Positions 1 to 10,500 of a DNA stretch of 64,000 bases are shown here, piece after piece. Position numbers and translations under genes: made by a program. The notes under the pieces are model-generated. The model saw only the letters and a list, made by a program, of their open reading frames with translations, was not told where the DNA came from and did no database searches. Each line of letters starts with the position of its first letter. Position 1 is the first letter of the stretch. This DNA comes from Oopsacas minuta (taxonomy: Eukaryota > Animalia > Porifera), in NCBI GenBank assembly GCA_024704765.1, contig JAKMXF010000022.1, positions 62,001-126,000 on the forward strand, given 5' to 3'.

Positions 1-892
1 CTAAGTTAGAAAGATCTGAAGATTTAGCTGGTTTATCCGTTAGTCAGAGTTTGGGAGCAGATTTTAATAGAAAGGATTATACATATTACACCCAGCAATC
101 TACTGGTAAGTTGTTCTAGAATTATGTTAGCAACCAACTTGCAGACGTGTGTAATTGTTACGTCATCACTACCATACAATAGTGTTTTTTTGAACTCTGA
201 AACACTGATTTCATATACAATATTCAAGGCACACTAGTCATGGGCTAATTCTAATTTAGCTGAACACAACATACAAATTTCCCAGCAGCTAGCTCCTGAA
301 AATTTATTATATTAATTATTTTCAATCTAATTATTATTCTGTTTAGATGCTGAGCTAATCAGGAATCTAAGAACACAAGTGAAGGAGTATCAAACACAAA
401 TATCCGATCAGAGTGCTGATATTTCTTATCTTCAAAAACTAAAAGAAGAAAAGTTTACAGAAAATAATATTCTCAGAACTAATCTAGATGATACACTGAA
501 AGAACTTAAGACTAAGTTACATTTAAAACACACAGAAGAAAATTTATCAGTCACTCAATCTTATTTGAATAAAGAGCAGAATCCTACCAAAGTACAACCA
601 AAGATAGGTAATTACTTGCTATTTGATAGTAAAATTATTCATATTATATTGTCATTCCTTAGAAGATGGATTGCCATATGATAGCTAATTTAATAATGAG
701 TAGTCAGCATGAAACACAATTCACACAAATACAACATTACTCGTCATACCCTAAGCCCACCCTATTATGCTATATTTTGTACCTGCATCCTACCAAGATT
801 AGTCTGTAAGTCGACACCAGGATCATGCTGGGATTCATCTAGACCCTGTTTTACTGTTGAATCACTAACAAATTTTATTTGTGAAACCCAGC

Positions 893-966
<74 letters not shown>

Positions 967-1361
967 TACACATAGAAACTGTGGCAGAGAAACAACCTCA
1001 ATATGCTAAAGTTGCTGCTAAACAAATTCAACCTAAATACTCTCTTACACGAATTATGTTTAATGGAAAATATCAAGAATTCTATTCATTGAACCAAGTA
1101 GCTGATCCTAATACTCTCAAAGGAGAATTGATACTCTGTAGATCTAAACGGAATTATGATTATGTAGTTGGTACTCTGAAGGTTATTATACCAGCACAAT
1201 ACAAACAAGATAAGGCAATAGCAGGAATAGAGTTTATTGATTCATTAGGAAATAGCAATGGTGAGTTTAGTGGAAAACATTATTTCCAAACTAAGAAATT
1301 TTGTGCTGTTTTCTTACCAATTACTGAGGTTTATATGTCCTATAAACAACAAATGATGTAA
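1..1361 (+). CDS. 3' part of a coiled-coil protein with a C-terminal CAP-Gly-like domain (exons <1-105, 347-607, 976-1361)
   Basis: Phase-1 GT-AG introns 106-346 and 608-975 join open frames. The last exon contains GIEFIDSLGNSNGEFSGKHYFQTKKFCAVFLP, resembling the CAP-Gly GVELD..G.NDG...G.RYF.C....G.FV pattern. The 5' end lies outside the window. Confidence 0.6.
895..966. repeat. (ATT)24 microsatellite in an intron
   Basis: 24 perfect ATT units ending 9 nt before the acceptor AG at 974-975. Confidence 0.97.
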
Positions 1362-1970
1362 GATTCTAGGTAAACCTTTCTTATTTACTTGATATAATGA
1401 TTTCTTTTTCCTTTGCTATTTATGCTGATAATTGTATTATACTTTTCGTATGTTTTTTTATACATTTTTATCCTAGAAGGCTAAAGCAAATTTTTGAAAC
1501 AAGACGGCTACGTAATCTGATAAGCTCAGGGTTCCCTTTAATGAATCCAGGGTATCCTTCCTGATAATTTAACAATTTGAGTGCTTCCATCAGGAATTTA
1601 TAAGACATATTTTACGAAATTTGTCCTAAGTATGCCTATAGATAAAATCCTCTGAACTATTGCCTGTATGGGCTGTACATTAGATACCTTCTATCAGTTA
1701 ATTGAAGGGAACACTGGACCAACCTGTGGTTGTGTTTAGTATGATAAGTTGGAATTTAGTATATTTAGTGTAATACGTATATTGAGGTAGGACAATTAAC
1801 GTAATGTATGTCAAACTGTACTCCGAATATTCATATAATGTCTGTAGTATTGTATATTTATACTTAATATTTTCAGTGTATGTATTCGAGAGTTTCAACC
1901 CTGCGTTATAACTTATAAGTTTTAATTAAGGTTAACGATAATCCCTTATTCCAGAATTAGATATTGAATA

Positions 1971-3722
1971 ATGACAGCTACATCAATTCCTGCATTCAAT
2001 TTGGGTCAGGGTACTCAACAGAGCTTCTTATCCTCTACTCCTGCTATAAATCCCCAGGTTAATCCATCTCTGGGAGTTGGTCAGTTTAGCAGCACCCCTT
2101 TTCCCTCCTCCTCTCTCACTCAACAGGCTCCTACCCTCAACTTGTCTGGTCTTGGAGGACCATCTGGTACCCAACAGACGGTAAGTAGTGGAATGGCCCT
2201 CGGAGCTCCAGTGATTCGTTCCCAAGGTCTGACTTTAGGACCCTCCACTAATCCGGGGTTACTCCCTCCATCCACTGGTCTAGGATCTCTTGGTAGTCAG
2301 AAACAACAAACAGGTTCTCTTAGTGCTTCTACACAATCTCAAACTATTCTAGGGACTGCTCCTGGACAGCAAGGTTCTACTTTAGGATCTCTCCTCGCAC
2401 AACCTCAGGGCTCAACCCTGAGTACCACAGGACAGCTGCAGACAGTTCCTAATATGACTACGTCATTACTTGGTACACCAGCTAGTCAGTCTACAGGACT
2501 TAATCTAACTGGCGCACGATTAGGTCCGGCTAGAGCTACTCCTCAAACACAAGGACTTAATATAAGCACGAGTACACAGGGAATAGTTCAAACCAGTTCT
2601 AGCGTCACAACTCAACCCCTCACACTTGGAGGATCTCTCCCACAAACTGGTACCAGCACAATCACACATCCTACTCCTCCTAATGACGTCAAAGATTTAG
2701 AATTAGATCCTATAGTAGCCCAACTTAGTACAAATTTATCTGCTTTTATAAAACAGCAGAAGTTAATACAGAGTGAACTCAGCAAAATGGAGAACAGATC
2801 TCTACAGAACTGTGAGAAGGAATACAAGTCTATGTCTCGCTCTCTGACTGAGTGGAAGAGAGGTGTGTCTGAGTACTCTAATCAAGTTTCTACTCTCAAA
2901 GATGATTCTATACAAGACATACGAGTAGCAGAAATTGCACAACGTACTCATGAGCTTCCTGCCTCTCTTCAAGGTGACCATTCTGACCCTAAGCTATACT
3001 TCCACATGCTGTCTAATCAGTTCTCTCAGAAACTGGAGTATTACCAGCAGGTGGTCCAGGAATTAGGTAAGAATTTCTCACAGATGGATACTCGTCCTAA
3101 AACCCCCCAAGAAGTGTCAGAGATTTTCAAGCTGCTTAATGACAACTTCATATCCCTTGCTTCAAACATTTATTCACTACACACACGTGTCGCTGACTTG
3201 AAAGATAATGTTCTATCGTATTCCAATATATACTGTAAAGATAGACAAATACATTTTCCTAAGAGAATGCCAGCTGTTCCTAGTAGTACCAGCTATTCAC
3301 AGCTAAAATCAGGACCTACACCCTTCTCTCTGTCTGAGGCATCTCTCCTCTCTCAGAAATACAGTTTAGGTACCCATGGGGCAGATATACATATGACAAA
3401 TCCTTCTCACACCTTCAGTCCTCTTCAAAACGGTGCTACTTCTCAGAAATCTTCATTCGGACTATCGATGGGTAGGACACAACTCCCCTTATCTTCTACT
3501 CTTCAAAATCCAACCAACAAATTCTCTTCTTTCTTAACCAATTCACCTCAGACAGCTCCTATACAAAAACCTCTTCAAACTCCTTCAATGGGTCTATCTC
3601 TAACTCCTCAACTCACATCTTCCTTCAACCCTCATAACCAGTATTCTACAGGTGCAGGATTCTCTCCTCATAGAAGAGGCAGTATTTCAGGGGAATCTGA
3701 AGAGAGTAAGAGAGTAAAGTAG
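1971..3722 (+). CDS. NUP58: Nucleoporin Nup58/Nup45, intronless, 583 aa
   Basis: S/T/G/Q-rich low-complexity N- and C-termini flank a helical core. The core matches recalled Nup58 motifs: KDLELDPIVAQLSTNLSAFIKQQKLIQSELSKM, PKLYFHMLSNQFSQKLEYYQQVVQEL, FISLASNIYSLHTRVADLK and GPTPFS. Confidence 0.85.
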   Translation: MTATSIPAFNLGQGTQQSFLSSTPAINPQVNPSLGVGQFSSTPFPSSSLTQQAPTLNLSGLGGPSGTQQTVSSGMALGAPVIRSQGLTLGPSTNPGLLPPSTGLGSLGSQKQQTGSLSASTQSQTILGTAPGQQGSTLGSLLAQPQGSTLSTTGQLQTVPNMTTSLLGTPASQSTGLNLTGARLGPARATPQTQGLNISTSTQGIVQTSSSVTTQPLTLGGSLPQTGTSTITHPTPPNDVKDLELDPIVAQLSTNLSAFIKQQKLIQSELSKMENRSLQNCEKEYKSMSRSLTEWKRGVSEYSNQVSTLKDDSIQDIRVAEIAQRTHELPASLQGDHSDPKLYFHMLSNQFSQKLEYYQQVVQELGKNFSQMDTRPKTPQEVSEIFKLLNDNFISLASNIYSLHTRVADLKDNVLSYSNIYCKDRQIHFPKRMPAVPSSTSYSQLKSGPTPFSLSEASLLSQKYSLGTHGADIHMTNPSHTFSPLQNGATSQKSSFGLSMGRTQLPLSSTLQNPTNKFSSFLTNSPQTAPIQKPLQTPSMGLSLTPQLTSSFNPHNQYSTGAGFSPHRRGSISGESEESKRVK

Positions 3723-4173
3723 AATAATTATTATACTGTTAGCTATCTATAATTAGAATTTCTATTTCTTAGCTAACTTTAATAATTATAATCTCTCTAA
3801 TTTCAATTTAATTAAGATCTCTTTTATTTACTTATTATTCGTTACCGGATTCGTTTCATTAAATTTTTTTATGAAAGTTTTCGCATTATTGCAACATTTC
3901 TATTTTGAGTTATAGATTATCATTTTCAGTCTCTATACTCCTAGTGAATTGATTTTTTCATTATCCAATGTATTCAAACATTATATTACCTTATATGTAA
4001 AGTTGTTTAAGGAGGTGTCATTTTTCATATATCCTTAATAATTATTGAGAAATGTTTGCTCCATACGCTTAATTATTTTCCACCTGTTTTCTCGGTATCT
4101 TAATTAGTCATCGCTGAAGATCTCACTAACCTCAGTTTAAGCATTCCTAAGTTTCATACAAACTGTGACTTAA

Positions 4174-4221
4174 CCCCATCATATACTACAACAAAGTTAC
4201 ATAAAGTCATGTATAGTGGGC
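4174..4221. mobile_element. Short palindromic MITE-like repeat, copy 1 (internally deleted)
   Basis: CCCCATCATATAC...CAACAAAGTTAC...CATGTATAGTGGGC flanked by TAA/TTA. Shares its termini and the CAACAAAGTT core with copies at 15029 and 16641. Confidence 0.5.
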
Positions 4222-4505
4222 TTATATGTAACAACTCTCTGATTAACATATTTCAATTGATTATATTGTTGTTTTATTAACTAAGTAAGTGGTTATTCAA
4301 CGAATTAATCATTTGAATGATTTGAATCTCACACGTTGTGGAACCTACTCGATACTCTCAACTGAAACAGATCTCTACTTTTAGTCTATAAATACAAACT
4401 CGAATCTTAACTAACCAATGTTTACTACTCTTCTGAGGTTGTTGTTCTTCCTAATTGTCTTATTTAAAGTCAAACAATTCATAAACAGACGTAATTCTGG
4501 TGAAG

Positions 4506-7070
4506 ATGTCAGGAACTTACGAAATAAGTCTTTCAAGTCCAAAACGAAGCACTTATAACATTAAAAAGGCTAGCTCTCTGAAATCAATTGACGTTAATAT
4601 TTTACATGAAAGAAAGGTGAGTTATTTAATCAATAAAGTTATTTACATATTTTTATTTGTTTCTACCATTTTTAAGGTATTAACACTATGGGTTAATCAC
4701 ATGCTGGAGGTCCCAATTGAATCTTCAGATACCCTTGACTTCACAGACGGTATATGTCTGATAAGATTGGTTGATAAACTTACTCGAGGGTATAAGACTC
4801 TTCTACAACACACATCTCCTGTTCTGCAATGTCAGAAGCTTGACAACTACAAAAATATGTTGTCTTTCCTGAGAGCTCAAACAACAGCTCAAATATCTCC
4901 AAAAATGAGTGAGTTTAAAAACAGTATTTACTGTTTTTAATTTGTTTCTTTCTCGCGTAATAATTCTTGAATAAATATTTTACCTATATCAGATGCTGAG
5001 GGGTTTCTTTTCGGAGATCTGGACATGCAATATGAACTGGTATGGCAATTAGTGAAGAGCTACAAGCTACGAGCTTCAGAATATTCCATATTGAAATGGG
5101 TAAACAAACTTGTTGTCCAGAGGAACGTTCGAAACTTCACAGAAGATTGGGCGGATGGAATAGTCTTATACAGTTTTGTAAACTCTATTATAAAGGGTAA
5201 TAACCCTGATTGTATATGTCCTCGAGATGTACTACCACAAGATCTGTTGAAAATGACATTGGACACTGCATCTGACGTTAAGAATATCCCTGTCATACTA
5301 ACCCCATATTTTCCTCTACACCTGTATCCTACCTCCAAATCTCTCCTGACCTATCTCTCCCTATTTATCTCTCCATATATTGCTAACATTAAAAGATGGT
5401 TACACAATATATTGCCTCTTAAGAAATTCTGTGATTTTAATTCATGCTGGAGTGATGGACATCTCCTTTCTCTCCTTCTTGAGAAAGTATGTCCAGGTAT
5501 ATGCAAAGATATAGTGATGAGCTACTCGCACAAAGAACTTCCTGCAAATATGCAACTTAACAATCTCAGAGAGTTGTTGAATCGATCCAAGAAATCTTTG
5601 AACATTAAAACTAACTTGGAACCTATTTCCATAGCTAACAGGTTTGTATTGAAATATTTATTTATTGATTAATAGTCTTATACTTACTTAAGATTCGAAT
5701 TTTAATTATTTCTTAAAATTCGTAAAATTCCATTTAAACCAATTGATTATTCCAGCAATGAATTCAGAATAGGATTTAGCAATAATATTATTTCATTAAT
5801 TTTCTTGCAATAACATTGATTAATTATATTTGCTAGGATAATCTTTGGTACGTAAATCTAGTTAGCGAACTTTAATTTTGTTAGAGTTCACTTGCTTCCT
5901 TTTCGAAATTTAATCAATAGTCGTTTTGATTAATTTACATTAAGTATGTTAACAGTTGCCATAAATATCAAACACATGTGGAACCTATTTTTGCGTTATC
6001 AAAACTTCTCTTATATCATCTCACCTGTCCAAATTGAATAATTTATCAGATTATATATAATAAGTGTATGCTGCTCAGAAACGTTATTGTCTGTTAATCT
6101 CCTAATGAATTAATTCACTTTGTGGGTTATGATAATTTATGGATGATTCTAAAACTCCAAATAACTTGGCTACTGAACACTGATGTGTTTGGTTATCTAA
6201 AATATCTTATCCTATACTGTATGGTGTAGTATTTGAAACAGCTGTTGTATATTTGCGTACATTTGAATATTCATTCATCATACCATATATACTAATTTAC
6301 ATGGATGTTTGAACTTGCTATTTATTACTTGTAATCACTTTAGGACAGCAGAGCCTCTCTCGCTCGCTATCTTTCTAGACGATATCCGTCGATACAGCTT
6401 AATTAAGCGTCCATCTCGTAAACTCGCGGTACAAACATCTGACTATGATACAGCTAGTATGGATTCCTCTACTAATTCAGTTAGTAGAACAATCTCAGAG
6501 ATGAGTATGGGATTTGTGGTCCCTCCCATTCAAAGGTAATAGCCTTCTTTATTTCCTCACTTCCTATGGTAATAATTTAAATTGGGTTATTCTCTTAGAC
6601 GTCGTAGCAAGTCGTATGATTCTCTGAACAGATTTGGTGATGAACATTTACAAGATATACCTATTCGTTTCAACACTGATATAACTGAACCTCATCGGAA
6701 CTCCTTCAGAGGAGGAAATAGCTTCGAAAGAAACAGCTGTCAACGTCTGAGCTCTAACTCAATTGAAAAAGGAAGAAATCCTGACTTAACTACTAATATG
6801 ACTTACTCCCTGGAGAGCTACATAGATGAGAATAGCAAGGCTGATGTAGGAATAAGAGAGATTCCTATTGAAGGGAATGGACAGAATCCATTCCAATTAC
6901 AAGTTGTCAAGAAAGAAGGAACAAACAAGAAAAGACATAGTAAAACACGTTGCTGCGTTATTTCTCTATTGTTATCTCTCATCATTATCTTGTTACTACT
7001 GATTATGGCAGCAGGATCTGTCATAGTCGTATGCATGGTAGGACAGCACTGTACACCGAAGAGTAATTGA
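4506..7070 (+). CDS. Filamin-type triple calponin-homology protein with a C-terminal transmembrane helix (exons 4506-4616, 4677-4908, 4993-5641, 6344-6535, 6599-7070)
   Basis: CH motifs: KVLTLWVNHML...DGICLIRLVDKL; ILKWVN...FTEDWADGIVL; IKRWL...FNSCWSDGHLL...TAEPLSLAIFL. All four introns are GT-AG with matching phases. The C-terminus has KKRHSKTRCC followed by about 26 hydrophobic residues. Confidence 0.75.
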
Positions 7071-7528
7071 TCTATTATCTGTCTTCTTTATTCTTTTATT
7101 ATATATTTACAAATACTACATGTCTTTTATTCTATATGAATCTGTGATTAATTCATTAATGCATTTGTTGATTGTACATTTATGAATAGAACTATAGCAA
7201 CCTTGGCCTCCTTGAAAGCTTGAATAGTTTAAATTCTCCACAATATGTGGTTTGTCCATCAGTTTGTTTAATAATTCATTTGCATTTAAGAATCTGATTA
7301 TTCACCAAACCATCCAATTTATTATAGAGTATTATTTGAATTCCTTACAAGATAACTCTCTACTGAGAATATCTATAGCTAAATTATTAATTAGTTATAT
7401 TATTCTATTGTTGATATTACAAAGATACATTCTTCGTATCTAATCTTATCTACGGTATATGAATATCATTATGTGCCATTACTAACAACTGAATAGAATT
7501 GCATGATATTTGAGTTCTGTTTAGTGAA

Positions 7529-10500
7529 ATGGATATAGAGCGTACACTAGCTAGTTTGGTCTTGGGGAAGAAGGTTATTTGGGCTGAGGAGTCTAGCTCA
7601 GACTCTCTGTCATGGAGTTCAGGTTGTATCGTTGCTATGCATCCAAACAGCATTGCATCTGGCTCTGTAAACGGAGCACTAGACCCTCTTTCCAAGTCCC
7701 AAAGTTTGTGTCTTGCTTTGGAATGTAATGATCGAGCATCTTCTCATCACGGAATAACTTGGCTACTTCTCAGTAACTCTTCCCTGAAACATGTGTATGT
7801 TCAGATAGGAGTAGGAAGAGTAAAGGAATCTGAAGGAACTCATTCCCCTGTCATTTGGTACTATCGTCCCTTGCTCAGTTCTTCCTCTACTTCCCTACCC
7901 ATAGAGTATCTAGGTACTACAACAACATTACCCCCCATCATGGTAGATTCCTCTTCTGTGTCTGGATTAGATCTAGAAGGAGCAAGCAAATTACTGGATG
8001 AAAACGGGAAGAAGGAAGTTCTAGACTGGTTCGACAGAGAATGTTTCTTGAACTGTCTACTCACTGGTGACCTTCCCCTAGCTGAGTATGCTGTCAAGAT
8101 ATTCAGCACTGATTATGGTATCTGGTGGAAGGGAATAGTGAGACAGCATGACAGAGAGACAAGAGAGCTAATCATACAAGATCCTTATCAGCAGTACTTA
8201 CGTGTAAACCCAAAGTTTGTACTAGTGAGACTGATATGCACACCTACTGGCTCTAACAGAACACTCCCCATTAATCCAAGGAGCAGCAGTAAGTGTCAGT
8301 CCTGCGGTTGATTCAAGCTAGCCTGGAGCAGAGCTGGAGTGCAGTCACTGCATCCTGCTCATAGCAGGCTCCAGGTACTGCTTGACTCAAGAACATTACA
8401 CTTACTACAGGATAGTGTAGTATTTGTAGAGTTACACTTAACTCTATTAATATTGTCATTTATTCTTAGATGTATACACAATTACACCTGTTGTTTACTT
8501 TAGGCACACAAGATCCTGTTCCCTCTTCAAGTTCACAGACTGTCCCAACTACAAGCAGTACCATATCATCACCTCCTCCCAATCCTACCTCAGACCGACC
8601 TAATGATCCTCGATCTAAGCACAAAATACATTCTAAGAAAGCTGAATTATCTGAAAACGACTTTGCTGTTTTGAAGGGAATTGTACAATGTATTTCTTAT
8701 CCGATATTCCCTTCTGATAACCCAACAGCTGATCCTCCTACAGAACCCTCTCTTGTACCCGGCCCTACTGTTCCCCAGACTCTTCTGCCTCATAATCCCC
8801 CTAACCCGTCTCCTGAAAACTCCCACAGGTTCCACTCTCCCCATCCACCTTACATCTCAGACTCCAACATAACTCAGAACATCTACAGAGGTGGGTCTCC
8901 CATAACCAGCGATGAGGATGGTAACCATGGTAGACTCTTGGAATGTACTCCTGCTAGAAGACATATTGATGAGCTAAACAGTCCAGACAGACACATACAC
9001 AGACAGGAGCGCCAACCACCAAGAAATGAACCTGACAGACAAACTAGATCAGAAACTAATAGATACAGACATGAGAGAACTGATCACTCAAACTATAAGA
9101 CATATGAACGTGATTCCAGAGATTACAAGGGGTATGATCGTATGAGACATGGATACAATAGAGGTCGAGATAGTACTGATTACAGATATGAAAATACACG
9201 TGAATCTCATGATTATAATCAAAACAGACATGAACGTGCTCATTCTAGGTCTGAGTCAAGACCTAAGCGTATTGGATCTGAGCTAGCGAGCAGGCCTATA
9301 AGCAGAGAAGAGAAACTGTCTCCATCACATCACCCAAACCTCTCTCCTACCAATATTGTCCCTCCTGGTTACACCTCTCCTCCTTTGATCTCTCAAAACA
9401 CAGCTCATATATCTCCTCCCCAATATATATCACCCATACCCCGCGCCCATTTCTTTACTCCTAATCCTAGTCCCTATCTACAACTCCCTCCAGCCTATAC
9501 GGCGCCCTATCCAACAGTCTCATGTCCAAACGGGTTGCCTCAACAAATTTCCCAAACACAAGATCTATATTCTCCTCCTATGGTATACCAAACACCCCCT
9601 GGGCCTACTCCTCTCAACAATCCACCCCCTAATTGGAATATACAAAATTCTTCCTATCCTGCTACTAACCATATATCCTATCCAGTTGTAGGGAGAGGTA
9701 GACCTAATTACAAACATAAAAGAGATATTCATTCCCAGTTTAGAAGAGAACCATTTGAAAGAGATTTATACAGCAATCTTACTCCCTTATCGAGGGCCAC
9801 TTTATTGGAAACTGAGCAGAAAGGAGAACCTTTACAACAAGAGACATCAGAAGGAGGATTAGATATTGTCCAAGAGAGACATAACTCTCCTCTGGCCATT
9901 GAAGTAGATCCCATCCCTCCAGTATGTAGTCCTATCACAGGTCCATTTATTGAACCATTAACTGACCCAGAAGAGGCAGAAGGTGTTAGTGACGTAATCG
10001 AAAAAATGACAGAATGCCCAACAGAACTTAGTGTATCAATCGCAAGAGAGGGGTTAGTTTTCGAGATGAAATCTCCAAATTCAAACTCGGAGATTGACGT
10101 CGAAGAACCCATTTTAAAGATTGTTATTCCTGGAGAAGATACGACAATTCAGACAACAGATGAAGTCAAACATGTGTCAACTCATACAAATATAGAATCA
10201 TGTGAAATAATACAAGAACCAGTAGTAGATACTTCACAGGTAATTGAAATATCAAATACAGATTCAGCGCTAGAACAGATCATCCCTGAGAAATCTAAAG
10301 TCAAATCTTCAGATTCTGTTACTTGTAAGACTTCACAGAATTTAGTGCAGACAATACATAGGAATCCAGAACCCCGGATATTGATAGCTCCTATCCACAA
10401 CTCAGTTCTACACACTTCATTCCGATCAGAGAATAAGTCCCCTCTCTTCTCTCCTCCTCACAGAGCTGTTCCTCTCCAGTTAACTGTCAGGTACTCAGCT

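Noticed and set aside
709-975. 88-aa ORF with poly-Ile
   Set aside because: It is the (ATT)n microsatellite inside intron 608-975.
8297-8374. Selenocysteine or read-through at the TGA ending ORF 7529-8311 (KCQSCG-TGA), since the frame stays open afterwards
   Set aside because: A perfect GTAAGT donor 20 nt upstream splices in phase to 8504 and bypasses the TGA. No AUGA/GA SECIS core was seen, and the read-through peptide resembles nothing in KDM3.
8289-8430. The hairpin as a spliced-leader RNA gene (donor in a stem, ATTTG Sm-like site at 8422)
   Set aside because: The sequence 5' of the donor is conserved KDM3 coding exon rather than a short leader, and the Sm-like match is too short to be meaningful.
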